Shown: piece by piece, positions 39,035-52,200 of the stretch
Layout: each line of letters opens with the position of its first letter
Numbering within the stretch: the first letter of the stretch is position 1
From: Podarcis pityusensis
Lineage: Eukaryota
Assembly: GCA_964106645.2 (NCBI GenBank)
Contig: OZ078259.1
Reading direction: 5' to 3' (one strand)
DNA: 64,000 nt
The notes under the pieces: generated by a model
What the model was told of the DNA's origin: nothing
Databases searched by the model: none
The model's input: the letters and a program-made list of their open reading frames with translations, nothing else
Translations under genes and position numbers: made by a program

Positions 39035-39109
39035 AATCTCAACCCTTTCTAATGTATTTCCATGGCCCTTCCAAATGGCCATGGAAATACATTAGAAAGG
39101 GTTGAGATT
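39035..39109. repeat. Perfect 33-bp inverted repeat with a 9-nt spacer
   Basis: aatctcaaccctttctaatgtatttccatggcc (39035-39067) and its exact reverse complement (39077-39109). Confidence 0.95.
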
Positions 39110-40592
39110 TTGGATCGCCAGATGAGCATAGATAAATGTTCCTGAATGGTGAGTGGAATGCATTGAATGAGGGTGTGTTGAGTGGCCTCTAGCAGCCATT
39201 CAGGGGACAGATGGTGGGGTAATTAATATCATTAGCATTTATTCATTAATCTTCTATGCAATTGTCTCAAGGCAATGTACAATAAAAACTATTACAAACA
39301 CAGCAAATCCCCAACCGAATACATGTAGAACAGAACTAAAACCATACAAAATACTAAAAGCCATTTATCCATCTGAGAAAGCCCATTGGAACAAACAAAA
39401 AAAAAAGTATTCCAATTGTACCTGGGAAGTGCAGGTAGCAGGTACCTGTTAAATCTCAACAGGAATGCTGTTCCACACTCAACATCCTGTTCTGAGTTTG
39501 TTTTGAAGGAAGGACCCTTTCTCCTGGTCACTCAGCAGAGCAAGCATTTTGCAGACATTTATTCTATGTTCTGCAGTGCACTGCGCAGTAGGCCATCCTA
39601 TCCCAGGCACTCTCATCGTCCCCTTTGGAAACAGGCATGCCCATCTGGCTTTGCGGCATATAGAAACCTTGTAGGACATGGGCGCAGAATCCCAAACCGT
39701 GCCAATGTATTCAAAACTGGCCATTTGAAGGGGGGAAACTGCTTGGCCATTTGGGGATATTCCCTAGAGAAAACTAATAAGCAACACTTCACCCTGGTTA
39801 ATGCATTCATAAATGGAAGAGATTCCAAAGGCCATTGAGAAGGAAACAACCTTTTCAATGGCCCTGGTGTTTTTTGCTATTTTCTGCCCCCTCTCCCAGC
39901 CCCACATTATCATTTTTCGAGGTATACTGGCCAGAGTTAGGCACAGATGTAGCTGAACCAGAAAGCATAAAAACACAAGAAGGGCCTGACAGTTGGATCT
40001 GGCCAGTAACCCATCAAGTCTAGCATCCCCTTCTCATAGTGGCCAACCAGATACTCCAATGGGAAGCCTGGAAGCAAGATATGAGCACATCAGCACCCGT
40101 ACACCTGCAATTTCCAGCTAGTGAGAGGAGGTTCTGTCTGCTTTGGTTCTCTCTGTTTTCTCATTTTTCTAATCTTAAATTCAGTTTTCCATGTTGCTGT
40201 AGCAATTTGTGATTTTTCCTTTTTTCCTTCAAAAAAACCCTCATGAAAATTCTTCAGCATTTTAGTGCAAATTTCTCCTAAGAAACACATCTTTGTATGC
40301 AGTTTTGACTCATTCACACATGCATGCAGGCAATTTCTCTTTAATATATTACATTTTTTTGTATGCTATTTTCACTAATATATTTGTTTTTATGCGCAAC
40401 TTCCCCAAATATTTCGATTCTTGTAGTCATTTGGTAGGTAGGAAAACCACAGTGCAAAATTTGGAGAGCTGCAAATTCTGAAGGATGTCTTAAAATCTGA
40501 ACTGGATTGAATTTATCCTCACCTCACATCTTTGACCTCAGCTACTGATATTTGGAGGCGTGCTTCCTTCTACAGTGGAAGAACATAGGTAT

Positions 40593-40825
40593 CAGGGGCA
40601 CCAACTATAGGGAGCCCTGGGGGCCTCACAAAGCATCTTGCAAGACCTTGGAGATGCTATCAAAGGCCTTGCGAGACCTTGGAACCTGACTTTCGGTGGC
40701 ATTGGAAGTCAGGTTCTGAGGTCACGGGGTGTGTGACATCATGACATCACATCACGATGTCACATCATGATGTCATGTCACATATGCTGGGCACCTATAA
40801 GCCGAGACCCAAGTTTGCGTCCCTG
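40593..40825. mobile_element. hAT MITE
   Basis: Termini caggggcaccaact / agtttgcgtccctg; TSD ataggtat / atagctat. Confidence 0.7.
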
Positions 40826-43452
40826 ATAGCTATTGAGGCAATCAAAAGATTTCTTCTTGACTTCTAAATGGGGACATTTGTGTACAGTGTGTTGAAACTG
40901 TCAGTACTGCAATGTCTATCTATGGTGCTGCCACATTTGGAATAGAGTACATATTTCTGGTCACCACAGTCTGAAAAAGATACTGTAAGTGCAGGAAAGA
41001 AGTATTTTGGTCTGATCTGTATAGGGAATCTCTTAATGTATGATGTTTTAATATCTGTTAGAAGCCTCCCAGAGTGGCTGGGGCAACCAAGTGAGATGAG
41101 TGGGATATAAATAATAAAATGATGACTGTGATGATGATGATGAACACCAACTTGCTTAACGTTTGCTGATCTAGCAATGCTCTTATTAAGTCCTTAAATC
41201 TGGAGACATAGGCCATTTCCAGATCTCAACAATACTAATAATATCCGGACCTATCCTTTGTGACATTTTGGTGGCCTAATAAAGATAGTGCCCCAAAATG
41301 GATTCTAGATTCTAACTTTTTATGCGACTTTAGAATTTATTTATTTTTAAATAAGCAATTCGGATGCAAAATTCTAAACTGGAAAAAGGATTTTATACCA
41401 TTGGGCAGGGGGGTGGTTCCCAAACGAGGTTACATACAAAACAAGACAGTCCCTTCACAGGCTAATAATCTAAGCAAACACAACACAACACAAGGGAAAG
41501 TGGACCAGGAGGTAAGAGGAATAAAGCAATCTCAGGCACCTAAAATTAGCCTGTACCTGCTTGACATAACTACTGCCTTGTTCCTCTTCACTCCTGTTTC
41601 CCACCTGTTCCAAGACACCTGTGTTGTTCCTAAGAGTGGCAATGGATCAAGGTAATTTTCTTCTTTTGAATTCCCACAGATGGGGAGTCGGTCACTGTAC
41701 GTTAGGAACACAGGAAGCTGTCCATCAGTAGTATCGTACACTGACTGGCAGCAGCTCTCCAGGGTTTCAGGCAGGGATCTCTCCCAGCCCTACGGGGAGA
41801 TGCCATTGGAGACTGAACCTGGCATATTCTTCTGCATGCAAAGCAGGTGCTCTGCTGCTGACCTATGACCCCTCCCTTTTTCCTTCTTATTTCTCAGCAG
41901 CCCTTTGTGCACCCTGAAACCTCACCACACGCAGGTGCACCTCATTCTAATGTCTGCTATCTCCTCCCACATTCCATCGTAAGTCTCTTCCCTGTTGCAA
42001 ACTCACAGCTTCATCTCCGCCCCTCACTCCCGCCCACAAAAGATCCCGGTTGCTTTGTTTACCCACTTTTCCTGGTAACTCAAAAGCTTGCACACTCTTT
42101 TGTGCCATTCTGGTTGCTCTAATGGTCTTCAGTTTTTGGTTTCTACCTTCTTATGAGTCAACCTACCTTCCTTGGTTTTATTGCTCCAGCTGCTGTTGTG
42201 ATGGTGACTTTGGTTTTTCCAGATACATTGCAAGACACCTTGGAGAGTTGTTAGTTCAGAGTGAATGAAATTCTGCATTGCACAGCAACTCTGTGGGTGC
42301 AGGAAAAGTGATGGGGCAATTCTGGATTTTCCTCTTTGAAGTCACCCTTTCTCTCAGCTGACTGTGAAGCAAAGTTCTGGATCTGCAAAGAATGAAAGAA
42401 GAAGCATGAAGAAATGTTGAACTGGCAGCTATCCTTCACTTGCCTTACCCTTTCTACTTAAACCCCTCCCCCCCCACCGGATTTATGTGTTCTTCAAACC
42501 ATGGCAAAACCTATCACATTCCCAATATTTATTTTATTTTATTTATCCCGTTTCTATATTGCCTTTCCTCCAAGGAGCTCAAGGTGGAATGCATGGTTCT
42601 CCCTCTCCGCATTTTATCCTCACAACAACCCTGTGAGGAAGACTAGGATGAGAGGCACCTTTGAACCCTGGTCTCCCAGGTCCTACTCTTAACAACCTTC
42701 ATTTCATTTCACTTATAATTTGCATACCGCTTTTCTGTATTGCTACACAACAAGGCAGTTTACAGACAGAAGAAACAAGGAAATATACAACAAATATCAC
42801 ACATCTTACAACCATCTAATCCAATACAAGTCATACCAAAAATATGACTTAAAATAAACAACATATCAAATAATGTAGTATTCAATAATCCATTAGAATG
42901 TAGTGGCTGGGACAACCCAGTCAGAGAGGTGGGGTACAAATAATTATGATTATTATTATAGTACACAACAAAATCAACACTCAAGTATCAACAAATAACA
43001 ATTAAATGGAAATTTGCTCTCAACAATTACAATAAACCATTACTTAAATTATAATCAATAAAAATAGCAGCAGAATTGCAATACATAAAATACCGAAATA
43101 CATAAAAAGCCATGCAAAAAGAAGCAATAAAATTAAAAGAATCCCTGCCGCCAAACTCCTCCCCTTCCAACTGTTTCTGGTCTTCTTAAAGCCCTTCCGT
43201 AGGAGAGGCTCTGTTCAGCTGGATTTGGCTGTGGGTGGGGGAGCTAAAACTCTTTTGTCCTCCTGTCCACTACTTGCTCCCTAGACTGCAAACATCTTAT
43301 CCAAGCAATGCAATCTCATTTTTTTCCTAGCTTAGCTTTGCTTGTCCCTCAGATGCAAATGCTGTCCTGCTTTGCACTGTTCAAGAGTGCAAAGCTATAC
43401 TGTGGGAGTCGACTCGAAAAGCAAGGAAACACAGACCTTGTGTGCTTCCCTT

Positions 43453-43643
43453 CAGGAGTGCCAACTTGAATAAAATATTATGGGGGCGCAGGTGGGCTCC
43501 GCCCCACATAATCGATCACATGACACAGCACACACAAGACCATTTGAATGGCAATGCCCATCAACTTTGCAGGGGCTTGGCCCCCTCAAATATTTTATCT
43601 TGGGGGCCAAAGCCCCCAGGGCCCCTAGGAGTTGGCGCCTATG
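43453..43643. mobile_element. hAT MITE (inverted relative to 27312)
   Basis: TSD cttccctt / gttccctt; family homology. Confidence 0.8.
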
Positions 43644-44352
43644 GTTCCCTTTAAAAAAAAAGATGGAGCTGAAAAGCGTACTTTGCAAAATGTATGAATG
43701 TTATTGCTCCAAATAAAATGAAATGTGTGGATAGAGGTTGAGAGGGGAGAAAGTGAGAGAGACTGTGATTCTGAAAAGTTAGCAGAGACATTTCTCTCCC
43801 TCCCCCTCCCCCTCCCCCCCCCCATTCTCATACACACACAGCAGTCCGTGATAAAGAGCCAGGCAAAAATGAATGGAATGGTGGATAATTGAACTGAAAG
43901 GGAGGAGTAGATGGAGGAATAGATGCCAAAACAGTCCTAAAGAGGCAGTTGATGATGGATTGAAAAGAAAGCTCAGTGGACAGATGGTTCTTTAGCATCT
44001 TGCTGCCTACTTTTCCTTCCTGGAATCAGGCACACATTTTATCTTTCTGGCCTTCTAAATGGAGAAGCTCTACGCCCCCTGCTCTTGCCTTCGGCAGGGC
44101 TCTGACTCAGTGGCAGAGCACCCACTTTGCAGGTGGAGCCCAGGTTCCATCTGATGGCCTCTGCAGGTTGGGATGAGAATGTCGCCCGCCTGAAACCATG
44201 GAGAGCCACTACCAGTCAGTGCAGGCAATACTGAGCTGGTTGTACCCAAAACGATCTCATTCTGTACCAGGCAGTTTTCTATGTTCTTATCAAATCCACC
44301 CTTAATACAAAACTATGAGGACTAGTACCTTGTTTTGTTCTTAGAAGAAGAG

Positions 44353-44560
44353 CTGTAGCTCCATGGCAGAGCATCTGCCTTGAATGCAGAAGGTCTCAGG
44401 TTCAACCCCCAAAGGCATATCCAGGCAGAGAGAGAGAGAGAGAGAGAGAGAAAGCCTCTGCCAGTAAGGATACTGGGGTCGATGGACCAACCATCAGATC
44501 CAGATGAGTGCACAATCTGTGTACACAAACCGACTGAGCTGCACACGCCTATGGTTCTTA
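44353..44560 (+). mobile_element. tRNA-derived SINE (representative), with internal (AG)n
   Basis: Head tagctccatggcagagcatctgccttgaatgcagaaggtctcaggttcaacccc; related copies at about 18720, 37870(-), 41700(-), 44100, 53097, 54820, 56636 and 59920. Confidence 0.65.
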
Positions 44561-45019
44561 ATGTGCGCTATTCAGCAAGGGTACCATCTATGTACATTAG
44601 TGCGCACACTTATCTTATACAGGAGTAGATTATTAGCTGATTGTATGGTGTTACAAGGCAGCACACTGGGGGGGGGGGAATCAAATTTTGGCAGCCTTCA
44701 CCCCCACCCCCGCGCAACAGGGCAGTGTCCAACCTACGGGTTCTGTGTCAAAGTACTTTTTCGACCCACTTGGTTTGAAAAGTTGGGCTGTTCTGGGTTA
44801 GAGTCTCTGGGACTAGGACACGCGAAAGACCAGGTTTGAAGCCTGCTCAGCAGTGAAGCTCCAGATGGGTGACCCTGGGGGCCAGTCCCTGCCTCTCAGT
44901 CTAACCTACCTCACTGGGTTGTTGCTGGGCTTAAGTGAGAAAGGGGAGAAGCATGCAGGCCACCTTGATCTCCTTGGGGACCAATATGTGGGACATAAAT
45001 GTAAGAAGTAAATAAATAA

Positions 45020-45830
45020 CCGAGGCAGCTTGGACTCCTGTTCAACGTCCCGTGTGGACCAGGCTAGTGTAAGGAAGCTCCCGCCGCCGTTGTGAAAAAT
45101 CCATGTTAAAATTTTGAAGCGGGTAAGGGAAGCCTTGCTAGAGAGGGGGCAAGCGGGAAGGGCGGCTGGTCCGCAGATGAGCAAAGGGGGGAAGGGGGGG
45201 AAGGAAAGAAGTATGGGACGCCTGAGCGGCAGAGAGGATGGGAAGTGAACTTAGACGTGAATCCATTGAAGAAAAGGGAAGCGACAGAGGAACGTTTGAA
45301 CGGCTACCTGTCCTCCTGAGACCGGGGTAGGCTCCGATTTGGGGCGGGGGGACAAATTGCCTGAATGGAGAAGTGGAGGCGGGTGACGGGTACGCTGCTC
45401 CGCGGCCTCCTCCCCACGTGCTGTGCCCAAACGGGACGGGACATGACCGGGTGGGGGAGGGGAGGGGCCTGCCCTTCTCCCGGTTCCACCTGTAAGGTCC
45501 CTCCCGGAGAGGTGGAGGAGGAGAGCAGCTAGGGCGGGCCCGGCCCGCCTCGCCCCATAAAAGCTACCTGGACGGGAGGGCAGGAGGTAGCAGTCTGCGA
45601 AAGACTCCGGGCTTCGAGCACAGACAGCAATGGGGTGGCTCAGCTTGCCGTCTTTCCTGCGGTGCGGTAACAAGGAGGTGAGTCCGCACAGTGATGGGCA
45701 AGATGCAGCCGAACAGGCGTCACCGGCGTCCGGCCGGACGCGCAAGGAGGGACGGGAGGAGGCTGCTCGGAATAACCAGGATGCCCCGCAAACAAACTGT
45801 GGTGCCTCGACTGAAAAGTCCGCCTCCCCA
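45020..45830 (+). promoter_or_regulatory. CpG island / SLC6A14 promoter
   Basis: High CpG density in non-repeat sequence; GC boxes at 45341-45349 and 45532-45537; TATA-like CATAAAAG at 45556-45563, about 70 nt upstream of an ATG in strong Kozak context (gcaATGG). Confidence 0.75.
45630..45677 (+). CDS. SLC6A14: SLC6A14 exon 1 ([16 protein letters not shown])
   Basis: 16 codons resembling the human N-terminus MDKLKCPSFFKCREKE; donor gag|gtgagt. Confidence 0.85.
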
Positions 45831-48800
45831 CTAAATAACATGGGGCAGCAAGCCGGGGTGGGTGGAAGCTCCTAGGGGCTCCTCCATCATATGTGGTAGA
45901 GGTTTAGATTGTAAGCTCCTTGCGGCAGGTAACTTCTGCCCATTCTCCTCCTCCTCTTTGCCTGTAGCCTTTTTCAGAGCGCAAGAGGGAAGTTTTGTGT
46001 GCCCCGTTGCCCATGCATCTTTGCACCCCCTGTGCATCAAAGCCCCCTCAGTTCAATGGGTCGCTCATTCAAGTTGCAAGGAGGGGTCCGCTTCCTGTAG
46101 TATGAAGGATTCTACATTTAGAGCGAGTTAGTGATGGGTAGTTTCATTGGAGCCAACTCCGAGGGGCCAAGGTACCTTTGATTCCGTCCCCCCCCCATAA
46201 AATATTTGAGAGGACTGCCTCCCCCATTGATGGGCATTGCCATTCAAATGGTGTGTGTGCCCCGTGTAATGTGATCGATTATGCAGGGCGGGGCTCCCGC
46301 TCCATATTTTATTCAAGTTGGCACCCCTGGTTAGTTTAACTATGGTAGTTTTTTTATCTGCTCCTGATTTGCTTTTGGATATATAGATACTTTGGGATAT
46401 ATAGACACAGATATATGACGAACAATAGCTTGCAAATCAGAAATGCTCAATTCTTACAGCAAAGGGTTTGGGCTTGTGCCTTCATCACTTGCTCTGCTTT
46501 TTGCTACAATAATTTAAAAGTCCTGCTTGGTAAGTCACTGGCATAAATAGATGGTTTTAGTCAGTGCCTTAGCTGGGGGGCGGGGCTAGCCAGGTTTTTT
46601 GCCTTGTGACTCCTCCAGAGGGGCGCCATTGAGGCGCCCTGCCTGTGTGGGGTTTTTTTTGGGGGGGGGGGTTGCACGTGGGCTTGGGGTGCCAAACTGG
46701 GTCTTTGACCCCGGTGAAATAAAGCCTGGTTTCGCCCCTGGTTTTAGTGATTAACTGCGTCTTATCAAGATCCAGAACAAGGGAACAAGTGTCTGAACTG
46801 CTGTAGTTCGAGGCTCTCATTACAGTCTTATCGCTAAGTATATCTATACAGATACAGACGAACGAACGAATAGCATTCTACCCCAGGGTGAGACCAGGGG
46901 TAGGGGAAACGGAGTCAGAAGCGAAAGGGGGAGCAAAGGCTTGCATGACTGAAGATTAGCAATTACAGCAGGGTTCTGGCAGCCCAAAGGCTTCCACAAG
47001 GTTGAACAGAAGAGCTCACCTTTGTTGCTCCCCCCTTGGGAACCTCTGATGGAGCAGAAATGGCCAAGAGGTAAAAGTGTTAACGTGTGCATAGTGAGGG
47101 ATTTTGATGGGCGGTGACTGCTCAGTTAGTTAAGTATTTCTGCTGTTTTACTTGATCTGGGGGGCAACTACCCCCCTGCCCCCCCCCGGCCATGCCCATG
47201 AGGATTGATCCTGGGTGTGTGTGTGTGTTTAAAAAAGTATCAGAACTAAAGTGGCAGGTGCATGTGAGGGAAGCATTGGTATTTTTATGCCGCGAACTGC
47301 CATGAGACCTAAAGGTGGCTGGCAAATTTATTTTGACTTTGCCATATAATTAAAGCATACTTGAAACACACAACTCTCCCCCCCTCCCCCCAAAAAAGGA
47401 TTCTGGGAAGTGTAGTTAAGGGTGGTGGGGATTGTTGCTCTGCTGCGGGCAAATTACAGCTCCTAAGATGCCTTGGGGCATAGGTGCCTGGGCCCTGGGT
47501 GCCTGAGCACTGCCTACAAAATTCCCATGAATGGGCTGGGCACCCACAAATTTCATCGCCAGGACCAGGCAAGCTGCGTGGCACCCACCACAGCCCCGGG
47601 CACCCGCAGTCGCAGGGCCAAGATGGCACTCCTGCCTTGGAGGGATCCATGCTCTGCGTGTAGAACTAAAGATTCTCTGCCTTTTTCTCAGCTGATTTTA
47701 AAGCAACAGCAGTCATTTCAGTTGCAGCCCAGGACATGCTCTGACCTGGATATCCACAGAAAAATTGAGTTATGTGAAATGCTTTTCTGCTTCACTGTTG
47801 TTGCTGCTGATGATTCTGCCCTGGTGGTGGAGAAATACAGGAAGGACCTGGCTGCTAGATCAGGTCTAAGGCCCCCTGGCCCAGCTCCCCTTTCTGCCTC
47901 TGGGAAGCAAAAGCAGCACATGAGTGCAAGAGCAACTCCCCCCCCCCCACCTGCAGCCCCCTGGCATTCAGGCTCATCTCTTCCATCTCTGGCCTTTGAC
48001 TGGTAAACCATGGGGGGGGGGCGTTATTAACCTTGTCCTTGGCTCAGGTGCCTTTCCTGAGTCTCCTGCCTTTAATTGCTGCATTGTTATAAGTGGCTTT
48101 CTTTTATTGTGTATTTCAATCATGGGTGTTTATAGTTTAATGTTGGTGTAACTTGGCTTCTTTATTTTGTAAACTGCCAAGAACATAGGCACATAAGGAG
48201 AGCCTGCTGCTGGATCAGGCCAATGGCCCTTCTAGTCCAGCATCCTGTTCTCACAGTGGCCGACCAGATGCCCCCAAGGGTAGCCCCCAAGAAGGATATG
48301 AGCACAACAACAAACCCTCCAATGAAAATAGGGGTGTCCTATTTAATAACAACAATAATAATAATTTTGCTATTTGCTGCCCACTCTGGGCAGCTTCCAA
48401 CATATTTAAAAGATAACCAAACATTAAACATTAAAAAAACTTTCCTATACAGGGCTGCCTTTAGAGGTCTTCTAAAGGTTGTACAGTGGTACCTCGGGTT
48501 AAGTACTTAATTCGTTCCGGAGGTCCGTTCTTAACCTGAAACTGTTCTTAACCTGAAGCACCACTTTAGCTAATGGGGTCTCCTGCTGCCGCTGCACGAT
48601 TTCTGTTCTCATCCTGAAGCAAAGTTCCTAACCCAAGGTAGTATTTCTGGGTTAGAAGAGTCTGTAACCTGAAGCGTCTGTAACCTGAAGCGTATGTAAC
48701 CCGAGGTACCACTGTATACTTATTTCCTCAGCTCAGGGGGTCACATAACTCCATACTTTCCAGCATTTCTCTGGTGAAAACAGGGATGTCTTAAGACATT

Positions 48801-49231
48801 CTGGGATCAAATAAGAAATTGGGATGGCTTCTGTCAATCTGGGACCATCCCTGGAAAAGAGGGGCACTTGGAGGGTCTGCAAGAGCACTCTCTCCCCTGA
48901 GAGTCCTAGAAACTGGTGTTCAGAAGCATTATGCCTCTTGTAATGGAAGCAGAACATGGCAGCCGCCATGGCTGGTGAGCATTATAACTGTTGTTATATA
49001 ACAAAATGGGTCTACTTGGGCCTTGTCGTGTATGTAAATTAATGTAAACTAATTAATATAAATTAATAAATATTAAGTATTGGGCTGCATCCAACTAAGT
49101 TTTACTCAGAGTAGACTTATTGAAATGGATGGACCTAAGATGGGCATGTTCGTAAATTTCAGTGGGTCTACTCTGAGTATATAATAATATAATAAATTAA
49201 TATAATAATTGGCATGCATTCTTTTGTATCA

Positions 49232-49273
<42 letters not shown>

Positions 49274-52200
49274 CAATGTTCATTCATGGACAGAATGGTG
49301 GGATGCAAAGGTTTTGATATAAATGCGTGAATGACTTTCTCTCTTCCTTCTTAAAGGATTTCACTTTGTCTACTGAGAAAATTACTGAAAAAGATGAAGA
49401 GAGTGAACGAGGAAACTGGTCGCGCAAATCAGACTACCTCCTCTCTATGGTTGGCTATGCTGTTGGCTTGGGGAATGTCTGGCGCTTTCCATACCTCACC
49501 TATAAGGATGGAGGAGGTAGGCTTTCTGTTTGTGCTTCCTGTGTCAGTGGCAAGGCCATCCTAGAAGGAGAAAATGGAGAAGCACCTTAGTGGAGGATTT
49601 GTTGAAGTTGCCTGTCTTATAATGCATGCTGGCAAAGAGCTGCTTACCTACTCACCTAGAGTGTGTTGAAAGTGCCTTTAGGCGACCAGCCAAGGAAATT
49701 TCCATGAAAGGCATTTCTTCCCACTCCTCATCCAGCCCTTGAGACACAAACAGCATGAATGCTGCAGGCTAGAAATAACTTACATTGTGCCAAGTGTGGT
49801 TGGCATAAAAGGTGCAGTGCTTCGAGCAATGCCCGCCAGTCCCAGTCAGCAAGGGTGTTGGGAGTGGGAGCCCCAAACACCAGATTTCTAGAAGCCCGGT
49901 TTAGATTTACACAGAAGTTGGGGGTAATACTTTAACAACAGAATTCATCCAAATGCCAAATGCCTGTTTAAGGGTGCTTTTTTCCGGGGTGGGGGTAGAG
50001 CGATTATGATTCTCTGTGCCCACACCATCAGCAGGCTGCTAATCTGCCTATTTCCCAGTGTGTTTGTGGTGCGTAACATTTTGTTGCCTTTGTATATGCA
50101 CACGTCTTGGAAGGTTGGTTGGTCCAACGCTCACATTCTTTCCTTTTGTTGTCTTCTTGGCAGGGGCCTTCTTGATACCTTATACCGTCATGCTGGCTCT
50201 GGCAGGGCTGCCTTTGTTCTTCCTGGAATGCTCGCTTGGGCAGTTTGCCAGCTTGGGACCCATTTCTGTTTGGAGGATTCTACCCCTTTTACAAGGTTGG
50301 CATTGTTACCCTTCCCACATTGGTTTCCACTGGGCTGCCATGAAACATCCACACACTCACACGCATACACAACACTTCCTGGGAAGGTTTCTGTTTGCAG
50401 CTCTCTAATGCAAAATCGAGGGCGGTTTGTGCTCATTATTTTATTTTGGAATGTATTTTAATCTACCACCCTCTCATAATATATCAGGGTGGTGCAGAGC
50501 AATATACAAACTTTTTTTTAAGCAGCACAGAACAGACAATTTGTGTGAGTTTTAAGCAACTGCATAGGCCTGCCAGCTTGATAACACCTCCATGAGATGC
50601 CTGAGAAGTGAGGGTGCTTGCTGGATCACTGCTGGAAGAGTGCCCCACAGAATGGGGCTGGTGACACTAAACGCCTGACTTACGGATGAAGCCATTTGGG
50701 CCATTGCAACGTGAGGGGCAACAAACAGCACTCCTCCGGGTGATCTCAGGGATTGGACCACAGGCAGTCCTTAAGGTGCCCTAGACCCAAGTTGTTCAGG
50801 GATTTATATATCAACACAACAGCCTTGAACATATGAATATAAGAAGAGCCATGCTGGATCAGGCCAAAGGCCCATCTAACCCAACAAACATCCTGTTCTC
50901 ACAGTGGCCAGCCAGGTGCCCCAATGTGGGTGCAGCAGCATTCTCCCCAATGGTGATTCTCAGCAACTGGTATTCAGAGGCACACAGCCTCAAACAGTGG
51001 AGGGAGACCCATAGACACTGTATGTTAAAAATGCACAGTCTGTCTCAAATTGAATTGTACATTCCTGGTAAGTTCCCTTGAATCCCTCTTAAAAGAATAA
51101 AGAAGTCAATAAAAGAAGTTTACTTACATCAGTTCAGGGTTGAATCCCTGAAGGCAGACTTAGTTACAAATATGTACATGTGGATCTACCCCATATGGGG
51201 GAGTAATCCCAGTGTTCTGCTATCTGAGAGCTAGCAGAGCAGTCCTAACTAGAATCTGGTCAAATGAAGAAAGAAGTGAAAAAGAGAGAGGTGTGCTGCG
51301 TGACTCATCCTTTTGATACCTGGACAGGTTACATCATGCCCACCTTCTATCACATGCAAAAAGAAGGATGCTCTAGCCAGGAGGAACGGGAAGTTTTGAC
51401 TGGCTGAACCAAACACTCCCTCACACATCTTCTCTAGCTTTTCAAGGAATGTTGTACTTGACTGCCTCTCATGGATTACATCCCACAATATTTACCCCCA
51501 AAAGAATTTGATCTAGAACTTGAGTCAATCAGTTTCCATCCACTCCGTCTTTTGCATCTTCCTTGTCTTGCTTGTGGCTTATTGGGAAAGCAGCAGAGGA
51601 AGCAAAAATGCATGCTTGGTGGTCAAAACTGTGCTACAATAATAGCATACCACCCCTTGGATGAAAAATGTTAAGAGGTAGGAGGCGTGATCCCTGGGGA
51701 CCATTCATAAACTCAACAACACATCTGATTTGTATCCTCCTTGACTGCTTTTGCCTGGTTGGAAATGTGCCCTTAAACTCTTATCATGCCTCTTGCATAG
51801 GTGTAGAAGCCAGGGTACTGTACAGAGGTAAAATTAACATTTGTTGCTCTGTCCACTTTTGCATCTAGTATGTGGCCCCTGGAAAGGGATGCTTCCCTTA
51901 GGCTCAGTGTTGCCCATCTCTGCTCTAGAAAGTGCTTTGACCCATGTGGAATGCCGTTTTCAACTAGAAAGTTTGGAGGACGGTTTGGGCAGGAGGGATG
52001 AGATAGGGACGGCTCCCCACAAGCCTTATTCTCCAATCCAGTGAGTCTGTTAAATAATTTTGAGGGAATGAACATCATGGCCATTAGAAATGCTCTTCCT
52101 GCTCTTATCACGATGTCTCCTCTCTATCCCTTTAGGAGTCGGAGTCACAATGGTGATCATTTCAACGTTTGTGACCATCTATTACAATGTCATCATTGGC

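Noticed and set aside
44353-44425. tRNA gene candidates (also ~18720, 36727, 44100, 53097, 56636, 59920)
   Set aside because: These are degenerate tRNA-like heads followed by a shared SINE body, with no intact cloverleaf.
1-45000. Syntenic neighbour AGTR2 or another intact upstream gene
   Set aside because: No ~360-aa GPCR ORF or recognisable host exons were found; small unrecognised exons cannot be excluded.
45251-45841. 196-aa antisense ORF over the promoter
   Set aside because: Expected by chance in a CpG island; low complexity and no recognisable homology.
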